Part shown: piece by piece, positions 1 to 9,806 of the stretch
Numbering within the stretch: position 1 is the first letter of the stretch
Layout of the letters: every line of letters begins with the position of its first letter
From: an uncultured Acidobacteriota bacterium
GTDB taxonomy: Bacteria; Acidobacteriota; Vicinamibacteria; Fen-336
Assembly (NCBI GenBank): GCA_963732935.1
Contig: CAVTBK010000001.1
Span: 497,624-561,623, forward strand
Length of the DNA stretch: 64,000 nt
Direction: 5' to 3'
The notes under the pieces: model-generated
Databases searched by the model: none
What the model saw: only the letters and a program-made list of their open reading frames with translations
What the model was told of the DNA's origin: nothing
Made by a program: the position numbers and the translations under genes

Positions 1-837
1 GGGCCCTCCATGGCGTCAGGCAGCCAGACGTAGAGCGGGAGCTGGGCGCTCTTCCCGCGTCGCGCCCACGAAGAGGAAGAGCGCGATCAGGGTGAGCGTG
101 CCGCCCCAGGCCAGCTCGACCGGCATCCCGGCGGCGGCGGCCATCACCCGGCGGAAGTCCAGGGTGCCGAAGGTCGTGAAGACGAGGAACATCCCGAGCA
201 GGAAGCCGGCGTCCCCGATACGGTTGACGATGAAGGCCTTCTTGCCGGCGTCCGAGGCGCTCTGCTTGTGGAACCAGAAGCCGATCAGCAGGTACGAGCA
301 GAGCCCGACGCCTTCCCAGCCCACGAAGAGGACCAGGTAGTTGGCCCCCAGCACCAGGGTGAGCATGGCGAACATGAAGAGGTTCAGGTACGCCATGTAC
401 CGGGCGTAGCCGCCGTCGTGCGCCATGTACCCGATCGAGTAGACGTGGATCAGGAAGCCGACGACGGTGACGACCAGGACCATCACCGAGGAGAGCGGGT
501 CGAGGAGGTAGCTCCAGTCGACGCCGAGGGCGGTCGTGCCGGCCAGGCCGTGGACGCTCGTCTCGGCGGCACCGCCGGGCAGCCAGGTCCAGAGCGTCTC
601 CACGATCGTGCCTTCGGGCGCGCCGTGCGCCGCCACGACCGCCCAGGCGGCGACCAGGAGGGAGAGGAAGACCGCACCGCAGGCGACCAGACCCACCAGG
701 AGCGAGGGCGCCTGGTGGCCGGGCCCGTCGTGCGCCCCGTCGCTCGCCCGGCGCGTCAGGACGCGGACGCCGATCGTGATGTTGAAGAGGAAGCCGAGCA
801 GCGGGAGGAGAGGAATCAGGAACAGGGACGGGCGCAT
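1..837 (-). CDS. NuoL/MrpA/DabB-family proton-translocating membrane subunit (PF00361-type); 5' part, runs off window start; frameshifted (possible pseudogene or sequencing error)
   Basis: ORF 16..837 starts MRPSLFLIPLLPLLGF and has NuoL-type TM helices. After ...LFLFVGA it reads TREERP..stop, while the neighbouring frame of nt 1-45 encodes GKSAQLPLYVWLPDAMEGP, the invariant motif of this family. One extra C in the acgcggg run breaks the frame. Confidence 0.6.
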
Positions 838-1025
838 GTCACCCCAGCAGTTGTCGGTCGGCCATCATATGGGCGGCCCCCGGAGCCGTCAAGGCGGCTG
901 GGCGCCGCCGTTGGCGGAACCGGCCGGAGCGTACTATCGTGGGCAAGACGGTCGGCTCGGGCGGCCATGGGGAAGACGGTCGTCCCGGGGGCGGCGAGCG
1001 CCGAAGGGAGCACGGAGGGAACCGG

Positions 1026-1886
1026 ATGATCGCAGCGACGCTGGCGGCGCTTCTCCTGACGCAGGCGACCAGTGTCGCGCCCGGCACCGAGATCCGCGCG
1101 GTCACGGTGAGCTTCGTGGACGAGAAGGGCGCGGAGGTGCGCGACCTGGGGGTCAAGGACGTGGCCCTGCTCGAGAACGGCGTCACCCGCGACATCACCT
1201 CCTTCAAGCCGGACACCCGCCCGCTCGACGTGGCGATCCTGGTCGACTCGAGCGCGATGGTCGCGACCAGCTTCCGGCTCAACCTGTTGGACGCGGTGCT
1301 GGGTCTGGTCGCGCGCCTGCCGGAGGGAAGCCGCTACGCGATCTGGACGACCGGGGACCGTCCCACCAAGATCGTCGCCTTGACCGGCGACAAGGGCGCG
1401 GCCGGCGGTGCCCTGCGCCGGGTCGCCCCCCAGGGCGGCAACACCATGCTCGACGCGCTCGCGGAGGCCTCGGCCGACCTCGCCAAGACCGCGCGCGAGG
1501 GCGACCGCACGGCCGTCATCGCGATCACGGAGACCGGCCCCGAGCTGAGCAGCCGCGACCGCTTCCGCGCCCTGGAGGAGACGCTGCGCAGCCGCGCCTG
1601 CGTGCTCGCGGTGGAGGTCGACGACCCGGAAGGCGACTTCGATGCCCGCGCCCGGCTGAGCTACGTCTTCGACCGGCTCGCCAAGGCGACCGGTGGGCGC
1701 TACGAGGTGGTGCTTTCCTCGATGGCGGCCGACAGCGCGCTCCGCAAGGTCTCGGCCGTCATCCGTGGCAGCTACCGGCTCGCCTATGCGACCGTGCCGG
1801 ACCTCGAGAAGCGCAGCCTCAAGATCAGCGTGGCGCGGCCCGGAACCAGGGTCCTGGTGCCGGCCGCGGTCGCGCAGAAGCCGTAA
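1026..1886 (+). CDS. VWA domain protein, acidobacterial TIGR03436-like, secreted
   Basis: GGAGGGAA RBS 5 nt before ATG 1026. Signal peptide MIAATLAALLLTQA. VWA body with DVAILVDSSAM. Confidence 0.75.
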   Translation: MIAATLAALLLTQATSVAPGTEIRAVTVSFVDEKGAEVRDLGVKDVALLENGVTRDITSFKPDTRPLDVAILVDSSAMVATSFRLNLLDAVLGLVARLPEGSRYAIWTTGDRPTKIVALTGDKGAAGGALRRVAPQGGNTMLDALAEASADLAKTAREGDRTAVIAITETGPELSSRDRFRALEETLRSRACVLAVEVDDPEGDFDARARLSYVFDRLAKATGGRYEVVLSSMAADSALRKVSAVIRGSYRLAYATVPDLEKRSLKISVARPGTRVLVPAAVAQKP

Positions 1887-1916
1887 CCCCGGAGCCCCGG
1901 CGGCGGAATCATCAAG

Positions 1917-2852
1917 ATGATGGCAAGGAAGCTTCTCCTGACGACTCTCGGTCTGGCGGTCGCGGGCGCGGCCGTCCCCGCCGGCTGGGCGCAGGCGCGC
2001 CAGCCTCCCACCTTCGGCACCGGCATCGAGATCATCAACCTGAGCCTCTCCGTCACCGACGCGCAGAACAACTTCGTGACCGACCTCACCCAGAAGGACT
2101 TCGCGGTCTACGAGGACGGCATCCGCCAGGATCTGAGCCTCTTCACGCACGAGAACCTGCCCATCTCGATGGTGCTGATGATCGACTGCTCGGCGTCCAT
2201 GGAGGAGAAGCTCCCCACCGCCCAGGCGGCGGCGGCGCGCTTCGTGAAGACCCTGCGCCCGCAGGACGTCGCGGAGGTCGTGCAGTTCAACGACCGCTCC
2301 ACGATCCTGCAGCCCTTCACGAGCGACCAGGGCGCGCTCGACGCGGCCATCCGCAGGACCGAGGCTTCCGGCCCGACCGCGCTCCACAACGCCCTCTACA
2401 TCGCCCTCCAGGACCTGATGCGGGACAAGAAGGCAGCCGAGCTGCGCCGGCGCGCGATCGTGCTGCTCTCGGACGGCGAGGACACCGCCTCGCTGGTGAG
2501 CGACGACCAGGTGCTGGAGCTGGCGCGCAAGAGCGAGATCAACATCTACGCGGTCGGCCTGCGCAGCAACCCGCGCAGCGACCGCGAGGGTCAGGAGTTC
2601 AGCCCAGCCGAGTATCTGCTCACCTCCCTCGCCCGTGACACCGGCGGCCGGGCCTACTTCCCGAACTCCCTCTCCGAGCTGGACAGCGTCTACGACCGGA
2701 TCGCCGAGGAGCTGCGCACGCTCTACAGCATCGGCTACGTCTCCTCGAACCCGCGCCGCGACGGCAAGTGGCGCCGGATCGTGGTCCGGGTGCCCGGCCG
2801 CGAGGGGATGAGCGTCCGCCACAAGATCGGCTACTACGCACCGGCCTCGTAG
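1917..2852 (+). CDS. VWA domain protein, TIGR03436-like paralog, secreted
   Basis: Signal peptide MMARKLLLTTLGLAVAGAA. MIDCSASM metal-ion-site motif. Similar overall to the upstream gene. Confidence 0.75.
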   Translation: MMARKLLLTTLGLAVAGAAVPAGWAQARQPPTFGTGIEIINLSLSVTDAQNNFVTDLTQKDFAVYEDGIRQDLSLFTHENLPISMVLMIDCSASMEEKLPTAQAAAARFVKTLRPQDVAEVVQFNDRSTILQPFTSDQGALDAAIRRTEASGPTALHNALYIALQDLMRDKKAAELRRRAIVLLSDGEDTASLVSDDQVLELARKSEINIYAVGLRSNPRSDREGQEFSPAEYLLTSLARDTGGRAYFPNSLSELDSVYDRIAEELRTLYSIGYVSSNPRRDGKWRRIVVRVPGREGMSVRHKIGYYAPAS

Positions 2853-2938
2853 CAGGGGCCCGCTGGCGGGCGACGGGGGCGGACGGTAGGCCAGGGAGGG
2901 AGCCGCGTCCGGGCGGGACCGGACCAGCCGCGGCTACG

Positions 2939-2972
2939 AAAAAGGGGTGACGGGCCGAAGCCCGCCACCCCT
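2939..2972 (-). terminator. Rho-independent terminator hairpin between convergent genes
   Basis: aaaaa then GGGGTGaCGGGCcgaaGCCCGcCACCCC, a nested GC hairpin. Read on the minus strand the stem is followed by UUUUU, just downstream of the TonB receptor stop (3016). Confidence 0.55.
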
Positions 2973-3015
2973 CGATCAGATCAGGCGACCCGAGCGACGG
3001 GCCGCGCGATCGTGG

Positions 3016-5925
3016 CTAGAAGCGGAAGCCGACCGCGAAACGGAACTCGCGGGCCAGCGGGTAGTTCGAGTTCGCCGTGCCGTTCCCGAAATTCTTGCCC
3101 TTGATGTAGTTCGTGGGCAGGCCGTTCGCGTCCTTCGGCCCGTTGTTGTCCGGCGTCACCGCGATGTTCCACGAGGTCAGCGTGTCGTTGTTGAAGGCGT
3201 TGCGCAGCTCGAGCTTGACCCAGGGCCGGAGCGTCTTCCAGACCGGCACGCTGTAATTGAGGCCCAGGTCGAAGATGTGCGCCCCGGCGAAGTTGACCGA
3301 GCCGCGCTCGCCGAAGTAGAGCGTCTGCTTGGTCGGCGGCGAGGTGTAGACGGCCGGGATGCGCGCCTTCTGGATCGACGAGAGCGGCACACTGGACGCC
3401 GTCAGGCTGCCGGTCAGGGCCGAGTCGTAGCTGTACAGGAGCGAGGGCGTGAAGACGCCGGCCCGGCCCAGGTCGAGATCGTAGGTCGTCCAGGCGCGGA
3501 CCTTGTGCCGCTGGAAGCCCGAGAGGCGCCCGAGCGGGAAGTTCCGGGACTCGACGTAGATCTCGGGGTAGTCGCCCCAGGCCGAGGCGATGCCGGGCTG
3601 GTTGCGCGCCTCACCCTCGAAGTCGCCGTAGTTCTTGAGCTGCACGGTGTAGTTCGCGTTGATGTTCCAGCGGCTGTAGGGCCGCAGGTTGGTCTGGAAG
3701 GTGATCGCCTGGTACTTGCGCGTCGGCAGGTTCGAGTTCCGGTAGACGACGTTGTCGAAGGGTCCCACCTCGAGCCCCTGCAGGGTCCCGGTCGAGCTGC
3801 CGGTCGTCGTGTCGGTGAAGTTCTCGATGAAGTTGCTGATCTTGCGGTTCGTGTAGAGGACCTTCAGGTAGCCGTTCCTGGGCAGCGCGTAGGACGCCCC
3901 GAAGGCGAACTCGTCCGTCGTCGGCGAGTGGAGCTTCGAGTCGAACTTGACGTTGACGGTCGGCAGGACTCCGCCGAAGGTCACCCAGTTGTTGGGATCG
4001 AACGCCGGCGCGAAGCTCGCGCCCACCCCATCCGGACCCGTGTAGTACTGGTAGAGGTAGCTCGGGTTGCCGACGGAGGTGTTGTTCCCGATCTGCGCTT
4101 CGCTGTACTTGCCGGCGTAGCGCGCATAGGAGGCGTCCAGGCGGATCTTCTCGTTGCCGAGCAGATCGTAGGAGGCCGCCAGGCGCGGCACGATCGTAGT
4201 GGTGTCGATCGCGTTGATGCCGCCCGTCGCCTTGCTCCGGACGATCTCCATCCGGGCCCCGAGGTTCGCCGAGAGCCGGTTCATGATCTGCCAGGAGTCG
4301 TTGATGTAGAGCGACTGGGTCGTGATGTCGAGCTCGGCGCCGCGGCTGGCTACCCAGTCGATGCGCACGTTCTCGCCGCTCACCCAGATCGGCTGGAAGC
4401 GGCCGTTGTCGAGCAGAGGCTTGCCGTTGGCGTCGGTCACGTAGTCGGCGTAGAAGACGAAGTCGGTCGGGCTCTGGGAGTTGCCGCCGGTGCGCTTGCT
4501 CCTGTAGTTCTCGTAGCCCAGCTTGATGTCGTGCCGTCCCAGCTTGCCGGTGGACAGGAAGTAGGAGAGGGCCACCGAGATCTGCCGGTTGTCCCGGTCC
4601 TCGGGGTCGGTCGCATCAAAGTAAGGGGCGTTGTAGTGCCCCGCGCCGCCGATCCCGTTGTAGATCCCCTCCGTGAAGAAGGGCGAGCCGTTCATGATGT
4701 TCGTGTCGGTCCCGCCGGCGTTCTTGAACTGGAACTTCTTCCGGGAGAACTGGGCCTCCAGGAAGAGGTTCGAGGTGAGGACGCCGCTGTAGTTGATCCC
4801 GAGCAGGCTGTTGGGCAGCGAGCGGCTGTAGTAGGTCCGGGGATCGATGCTGCGCAGGCCCGAGCTGGCCGTGATGCTGAAGGTGGGCTGGCTCTGGTCG
4901 GTCGCGTTGTAAGTGTAGGTGCCGGTGATCGTGTGGTTCTTGGCGATCGTGCCGGTCAGCTTGGCGATCAGACGCTTGTTGTCCAGCTTCGACGTGACCG
5001 CCTGGCCGAGGTCGGGATAGCTGCCGGCCGTGTCGCTCTTCTCGGACCGGCCCGCCACGAAGAACCAGAGCTGGTCCTTCAGGATCGGCCCGCCCAGCGT
5101 CGCCTCGAAGACCTTGTTGAGGGTCGAGTCGTGGGTGATGTCGTTCGACTTCTCGTACGGCGTCTCGGTCTGCCAGGTGGGGTTCGTGAGGTTGGCGCGG
5201 AAGCTGCCCTCGAACTTGTTGCCGCCGCGCTTGGTGATCGTGTTGATGATGCCGCCGCCGAAGCGGCCGTACTCCGCCGAGATGCCGGACGTGATGACCT
5301 GCTGCTCCTCGATCGCGTCCTCGATGAACAGGTTGTTCGCGGTCCCGAAGAGGTTGTCGTTCACGTCGACGCCGTCGACCAGGAACACGTTGTCGTAGGA
5401 GAAGCCGCCGCCGATCGTCACCTGGCCGGCGTTGGGCGTGTTGGTGGTGAGGCCCGGCGCGAGCGCGGCGATCGCGGCGACCGTGCGTCCGGTCGCGAGG
5501 GTGTCGATCTCGTTGGCCTGGTAGTTCGCGCCGCCGCTCGCGGTCTCGACGATGCTGGGCAGCGTCTCGGTGACGGTGATCGCCTCGGTGACACCGCCGA
5601 CCGTGAGGGTCGCGTCGACGGTCATGGCACGGCCCAGCTCGACCCGGGCCGCCTTCTCGAGCGTCTGCATGCCCTTCACCTGGAAGGACACGACGTAGTC
5701 GCCGGGGGGCAACGCCCGGAAGATGTAGTTGCCGTTCCCGTCCGACGTGACAGTGCGCACGCCCTGCAGGGCGGGGCTCTTGACCGAGACGCTGACACCG
5801 GGGAAGACCAGACCGTCAGGCGACTGGACGGTGCCGGAGATCGACCCGGTGAGCACCCCTTGCGCCTGGGCGGACCCGAAGGCCGCCAGGACGAAGAGTG
5901 CGGTCAATAGGATGTAACGCTTCAT
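3016..5925 (-). CDS. TonB-dependent receptor with N-terminal carboxypeptidase-regulatory-like domain
   Basis: AAGGAG RBS before ATG 5925. Signal peptide MKRYILLTALFVLAAFGSAQA. CarboxypepD_reg-like start (GVLTGSISGTV..DGNGNYIFRALPPGDY), then plug and barrel ending in terminal F. Confidence 0.85.
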   Translation of the reverse strand: MKRYILLTALFVLAAFGSAQAQGVLTGSISGTVQSPDGLVFPGVSVSVKSPALQGVRTVTSDGNGNYIFRALPPGDYVVSFQVKGMQTLEKAARVELGRAMTVDATLTVGGVTEAITVTETLPSIVETASGGANYQANEIDTLATGRTVAAIAALAPGLTTNTPNAGQVTIGGGFSYDNVFLVDGVDVNDNLFGTANNLFIEDAIEEQQVITSGISAEYGRFGGGIINTITKRGGNKFEGSFRANLTNPTWQTETPYEKSNDITHDSTLNKVFEATLGGPILKDQLWFFVAGRSEKSDTAGSYPDLGQAVTSKLDNKRLIAKLTGTIAKNHTITGTYTYNATDQSQPTFSITASSGLRSIDPRTYYSRSLPNSLLGINYSGVLTSNLFLEAQFSRKKFQFKNAGGTDTNIMNGSPFFTEGIYNGIGGAGHYNAPYFDATDPEDRDNRQISVALSYFLSTGKLGRHDIKLGYENYRSKRTGGNSQSPTDFVFYADYVTDANGKPLLDNGRFQPIWVSGENVRIDWVASRGAELDITTQSLYINDSWQIMNRLSANLGARMEIVRSKATGGINAIDTTTIVPRLAASYDLLGNEKIRLDASYARYAGKYSEAQIGNNTSVGNPSYLYQYYTGPDGVGASFAPAFDPNNWVTFGGVLPTVNVKFDSKLHSPTTDEFAFGASYALPRNGYLKVLYTNRKISNFIENFTDTTTGSSTGTLQGLEVGPFDNVVYRNSNLPTRKYQAITFQTNLRPYSRWNINANYTVQLKNYGDFEGEARNQPGIASAWGDYPEIYVESRNFPLGRLSGFQRHKVRAWTTYDLDLGRAGVFTPSLLYSYDSALTGSLTASSVPLSSIQKARIPAVYTSPPTKQTLYFGERGSVNFAGAHIFDLGLNYSVPVWKTLRPWVKLELRNAFNNDTLTSWNIAVTPDNNGPKDANGLPTNYIKGKNFGNGTANSNYPLAREFRFAVGFRF

Positions 5926-6236
5926 CCGGAAAACTCCTTTCGATCGTTTCAGACGATCCAGAGCTGTTGGATTGTGGCCTGGTAGGCACACTCCCAACGG
6001 GTAACTAAGTTGGTTGTCTGCAACAAACGAACCGGGAGACGGCTCCGCCCCGCGCGGAAGCCAGGTCTCCAATTTGTTGAGCTTCAAGGAGTTGCATGTG
6101 CGCTGGTTTTGTCTCTCTTGGGGCCAATACGGGCCACCGGATCGCGCCTGGAACCGCGATGGCCATTCACGCTTTGTGACATCTGAGTTTACCTGCCGGA
6201 TTCAATCCAAGCGAGGGGAATATTCGGCCGGCTGGA

Positions 6237-8363
6237 TCAGCTGCCGGCCGCCAGGCGGCCCGCTCGGGTCCGCCACTTCCGGGCGCCCGTCCGGTCGCCC
6301 AGCGTCTCGAGGGTCTCGGCGGCCAAGGTGGCGCTCGCCGCCGAGCGGTCGGCGTCGAACATCCTGCCGAGCAACCGGTCGACGTCGCCGTAGGTGCGGT
6401 GCAGCATCCCGTAGACGATCGCCAGACGGGCATAGGCCTGGCGGTTGCGCGGGTGGTCGGCGATCTCCCGCTCGAACGCCGTCGCCGCCTGGGCGGGGCG
6501 GTCGAGGCGGGCGAGCGCATCTCCCCTCAGGAAGGAGAGGTCGCGCGGGCGGCCCAGCCCGCGCTTCGCGATCAGGCGCTCTGCGGCGTCGAGCTGCTCG
6601 AGGGCGCCGGCGGGCTGCCCGCGGCGGATCGCGATCTCCGCCCGGAGCAGCAGCGCGTTCGTCTCGGCCACCGAGTCGCCGGTGACCTTCAGGAGGTGCG
6701 CCTCCGCCCCGGCCAGGTCGCCGCGGGCGAGCGCCACCCGGCCCAGGATCTCGTGGGCGGCGCCGGGGTTCGTGCTCATGCCGATCTCGGCGTTCCTCTC
6801 GGCCTCGTCCACCTCCCCGAGGTCGAGGCAGACCCGGGCGAGCGGCACCCCGAGCGCCGGCGCCATCACCGGCGAGGCGGTCATGGCCTGCCGGTAGGCG
6901 TCGTAGGCCTGCTTGACGTGGCCCAGGCGATGCAACACCCGACCCAACTGAAAGAGCACGTCGAAGAACTGCGGCTCGCTCTTCAGGACGCGGCGCAGCA
7001 GGACCACCGACTCCTCGTCGTGCCCGGTCGCGCTCAGGCGGAAGGCGGCGTGGACCTCGTCGAGGACCTGGATGTGGTCGCGCGGGTTCGGCAGCGGCCC
7101 TTTCGTCTCCGCCGCCCCGCCCAGATAGCCGAGCGCGGCCAGGCGCGCCATCTCCTCGGAGCTCACCGCCTCCGGGCCGGAGAAGCCGGCCGGGAACCGC
7201 GCGAGCGCCGAGCGCATCTCGCGCGTCAGCTCCGGCCGCGCGCTCGCCAGGTCACGGGTCTCGTGCGGGTCGGCCACGATGTCGTAGAGCTCGGCCCGCG
7301 GCGACTCGATGAACTGGTGGCGGGCGTCGATCACCGAGGTGAGCTCGCTCCAGCCAAGGTGAACGCGGGGGTAGTAGGTCTCGGAGTAGACCGTCTCGGC
7401 CTGGCGCCGGCCGAGCAGCGAGCGGCCCTGCCAGCCTTTCGGCAGCGGGAGGGAAGCGGCCTCGAGCAGGGTCGGGGTCACGTCGTCGAGCGGGACGGAC
7501 GCCGCGACGCGCTCTCCCGCGCGCGTGCCACCCGGCAGCTTCACCACCAGCGGCACGTGCAGCACTTCCCTATAGAGGAGAATGCCGTGGTACTCCTCGC
7601 CGTGGTCGCGGAGCCCCTCGCCGTGATCCGACAGGAGCATGACGAGCGACTGCCGGTAGAGCCCAAGGCGGCGCAGCTCGTCGAGGAGCCGGCCCACGAT
7701 CGCGTCGGCGCTGGCGATCTCGCCGTCGTAGGGATTGGCGTAGCGGCTCTTGAACGGCTCCTTCGGCTCCCAGGGCGCATGGGGCTCGTAGATGTGGAAG
7801 AAGAGGAAGAAGGGGTGACCCGCCGCCTTGGCGAGCCAGGGCAGCAGGAGGTCGAGCGTCTCGTCACCCGGGCGCTGCACGGCCCCGGCCACGTCGACTC
7901 CGGCCGGGGCGACCAGCGAGTCCTCGTAGAAGTCGAAGCCCGCGCGCATCCCCGTCGCCCCGCGCAGCACCCAGGCCGAGACGGCCCCGCCGGTCGCGTA
8001 GCCGGCCTCGTGGAGCCGCATGGCGAGGGTCGGGTGCCTGGCCGAGTCCAGGTGATAGCCGAGGTTGTCGCGGACGCCGTGCTCGGGGGGCAGGAGTCCC
8101 GTCATCAGCGAGACGTGCGACGGGAGCGTGAGCGGCGCGTGCGAGTAGGCGTTCTCGAAGAGGATGCCGTCCTTGACCAGGGCGTCGATGTGCGGCGTCG
8201 CGACCTTCGTGTAGCCGTAGGCGGGCAGGTGGTCGGCACGCAGGGTGTCGATCGAGATCAGGACGATCGGGGGCTTCACGGCCGGGCCACGCGCGCGGCA
8301 GCCGGACCCGAGCACGAGCACGGGGGCCAGGACCAGGAGCGGCAAGCGCGGCCGGCGGAGCAT
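6237..8363 (-). CDS. Sulfatase (alkaline-phosphatase superfamily) fused to C-terminal TPR repeats; lipoprotein
   Basis: Lipobox LVLGSGC. IVLISIDTLRADHL and SDHGE motifs of sulfatases. C-terminal roughly 280 aa are TPR-like helical repeats. Confidence 0.75.
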   Translation of the reverse strand: MLRRPRLPLLVLAPVLVLGSGCRARGPAVKPPIVLISIDTLRADHLPAYGYTKVATPHIDALVKDGILFENAYSHAPLTLPSHVSLMTGLLPPEHGVRDNLGYHLDSARHPTLAMRLHEAGYATGGAVSAWVLRGATGMRAGFDFYEDSLVAPAGVDVAGAVQRPGDETLDLLLPWLAKAAGHPFFLFFHIYEPHAPWEPKEPFKSRYANPYDGEIASADAIVGRLLDELRRLGLYRQSLVMLLSDHGEGLRDHGEEYHGILLYREVLHVPLVVKLPGGTRAGERVAASVPLDDVTPTLLEAASLPLPKGWQGRSLLGRRQAETVYSETYYPRVHLGWSELTSVIDARHQFIESPRAELYDIVADPHETRDLASARPELTREMRSALARFPAGFSGPEAVSSEEMARLAALGYLGGAAETKGPLPNPRDHIQVLDEVHAAFRLSATGHDEESVVLLRRVLKSEPQFFDVLFQLGRVLHRLGHVKQAYDAYRQAMTASPVMAPALGVPLARVCLDLGEVDEAERNAEIGMSTNPGAAHEILGRVALARGDLAGAEAHLLKVTGDSVAETNALLLRAEIAIRRGQPAGALEQLDAAERLIAKRGLGRPRDLSFLRGDALARLDRPAQAATAFEREIADHPRNRQAYARLAIVYGMLHRTYGDVDRLLGRMFDADRSAASATLAAETLETLGDRTGARKWRTRAGRLAAGS

Positions 8364-8469
8364 GATGCTCCGAGGATGTCGTGCCGAAGGGCCGTCGGTC
8401 AAGGCGGTCCCGGACGCCGGCTCCCCGGGCGGCGCAGCGCCGGCCCGCGGGGGCGCGGCGACGGACCCG

Positions 8470-8952
8470 CTACTCCACCCAGACGTGGACGGTGGCGTCG
8501 TCGTCGTCGATGTCGACGAGGCTCTCGCCGGAGTCCAGCGCCCGCAGGACGTCGCCCAGCGTGCGTCCGCCGGGATGGTGCCCGTCGTGGCAGTCCTCGA
8601 TCTTCAGGTCCTCGCCAAGGGCACGCACGATGTCGAGCGGCAGGTTCACCGAGACCCGCCCGTGCTTCTCCCCCTTCTCGGCGATGCGCACGCGGAACCA
8701 GCGCGGCTCGTTCTTGCGCGCGCGGACCCGGTCCCGCGAGGCCCGCTCGGGCGAGGCCTTCTCCGCGCGCCGCTCGGGGGCCGCCTTCTCCGCCGGCCGG
8801 GGCGCGGCTTCGTCCGCCGCCGGACGCGCCTCCGCCGTCACCGTCGTGCCCACCGCCTTCTTGACCGCGGCGAGGTCGTCGTCGATGCGGTCGGCCGCCA
8901 GCGGCGACGCGAGCGCGCCCAGAACCACGGCCGTCAGGAACGCCTTCCTCAT
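8470..8952 (-). CDS. Secreted hypothetical protein with conserved C-terminal about 75-aa domain shared with the upstream gene
   Basis: Signal peptide MRKAFLTAVVLGALASPLAA. C-terminus WFRVRIAEKGE..VSVNLPLDIV..ATVHVWVE aligns with the C-terminus of 8961..9806. Confidence 0.65.
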   Translation of the reverse strand: MRKAFLTAVVLGALASPLAADRIDDDLAAVKKAVGTTVTAEARPAADEAAPRPAEKAAPERRAEKASPERASRDRVRARKNEPRWFRVRIAEKGEKHGRVSVNLPLDIVRALGEDLKIEDCHDGHHPGGRTLGDVLRALDSGESLVDIDDDDATVHVWVE

Positions 8953-8960
8953 GACCCCTC

Positions 8961-9806
8961 CTACTCGATCCAGACCTGGATCCGCTCCCCCTCGTCACCC
9001 TCGATGGTGAGGATGTCGGTGGGGCCCGTCTTCTTCAGTCGCCGCCAGAAGCTCGCCGCGTCGTATCCCTCGTGGCGCAGCTCGCGCCGCGTGTCCGCGG
9101 GCAGCCCCTCGAACACCATCTCGGCGAGCGCGACGGGGAGATTGATCGCCAGCTGCGGCTTGCTGGCGCCCTTCTCGTAGATCCGCACGCGGATCCAGCT
9201 CATGGTCGCCCTGCCACTGCCGGCGATCTCCGGCGCGACGCCGAGCGCCTCGGGGTCGAGCCGCACCAGGTAGAGCTTCGCGCGGTCGACCAGGTCCGGG
9301 TCCTGCTCCTTGTGCAGGATCTCCTTCAGCACCGGCACCGCGGCCCGGCCCTGCTCCTTTCCCAGCGAGGCGAGCTGCAGGGCCGCGAAGTATCGGACGG
9401 TCCGGCTGGGGTCCGCGAGGGCCTCGCGCGCGAGGTCGAGGTAGCGCTCGCGGTCCCGGGCCGGCCTGGCGCTCTTCGCCAGCCGTACGGCGAGCGCGAC
9501 GCGGCTCGTCCGTGCCTCCTCGGCGAGGGTACGGTCGGCCGGCCGGCTGGCCAGGAACTCCCCGTACTCGGCGAGGGCGCGCTGGCGCTCGCCCAGGCTC
9601 TCGCTGCACCGGGCGATCCAGTAGAGGGCCTGCTGGGCGTCGCCGCCGCCGGAGGCGCGTACCGAGTGGAACAGAGTCCGGGCCTGGGCGTACTGGCGGT
9701 CCAGGAAGAGCGCCTTGGCGTTGCGGAGCGTCTCGTCCTGCGACTGCGCCAGGAGGGTGACGGGCGCCAGCAGCGCCAAGAGCACGAGCGACAGAACTGC
9801 TTTCAT
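8961..9806 (-). CDS. Secreted TPR/HEAT-like protein with the same C-terminal domain
   Basis: Signal peptide MKAVLSLVLLALLAPVTLLA. C-terminus WIRVRIYEKGA..LAINLPVALA..ERIQVWIE. Start ATG overlaps the anti-sigma stop. Confidence 0.65.
   Translation of the reverse strand: MKAVLSLVLLALLAPVTLLAQSQDETLRNAKALFLDRQYAQARTLFHSVRASGGGDAQQALYWIARCSESLGERQRALAEYGEFLASRPADRTLAEEARTSRVALAVRLAKSARPARDRERYLDLAREALADPSRTVRYFAALQLASLGKEQGRAAVPVLKEILHKEQDPDLVDRAKLYLVRLDPEALGVAPEIAGSGRATMSWIRVRIYEKGASKPQLAINLPVALAEMVFEGLPADTRRELRHEGYDAASFWRRLKKTGPTDILTIEGDEGERIQVWIE

Noticed and set aside
536-2822. Long ORFs 536..2638 (+) and 816..2822 (-)
   Set aside because: Arg/Gly/Ala-rich, low-complexity translations overlapping the well-supported NuoL-like and VWA genes in other frames; typical high-GC shadow ORFs.
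2947-5910. 987-aa ORF on + strand
   Set aside because: Antisense shadow of the TonB-dependent receptor; no Lys, extreme Arg/Val/Gly bias, no motifs.
6399-8864. 821-aa ORF on + strand
   Set aside because: Antisense to the sulfatase-TPR gene; low-complexity.
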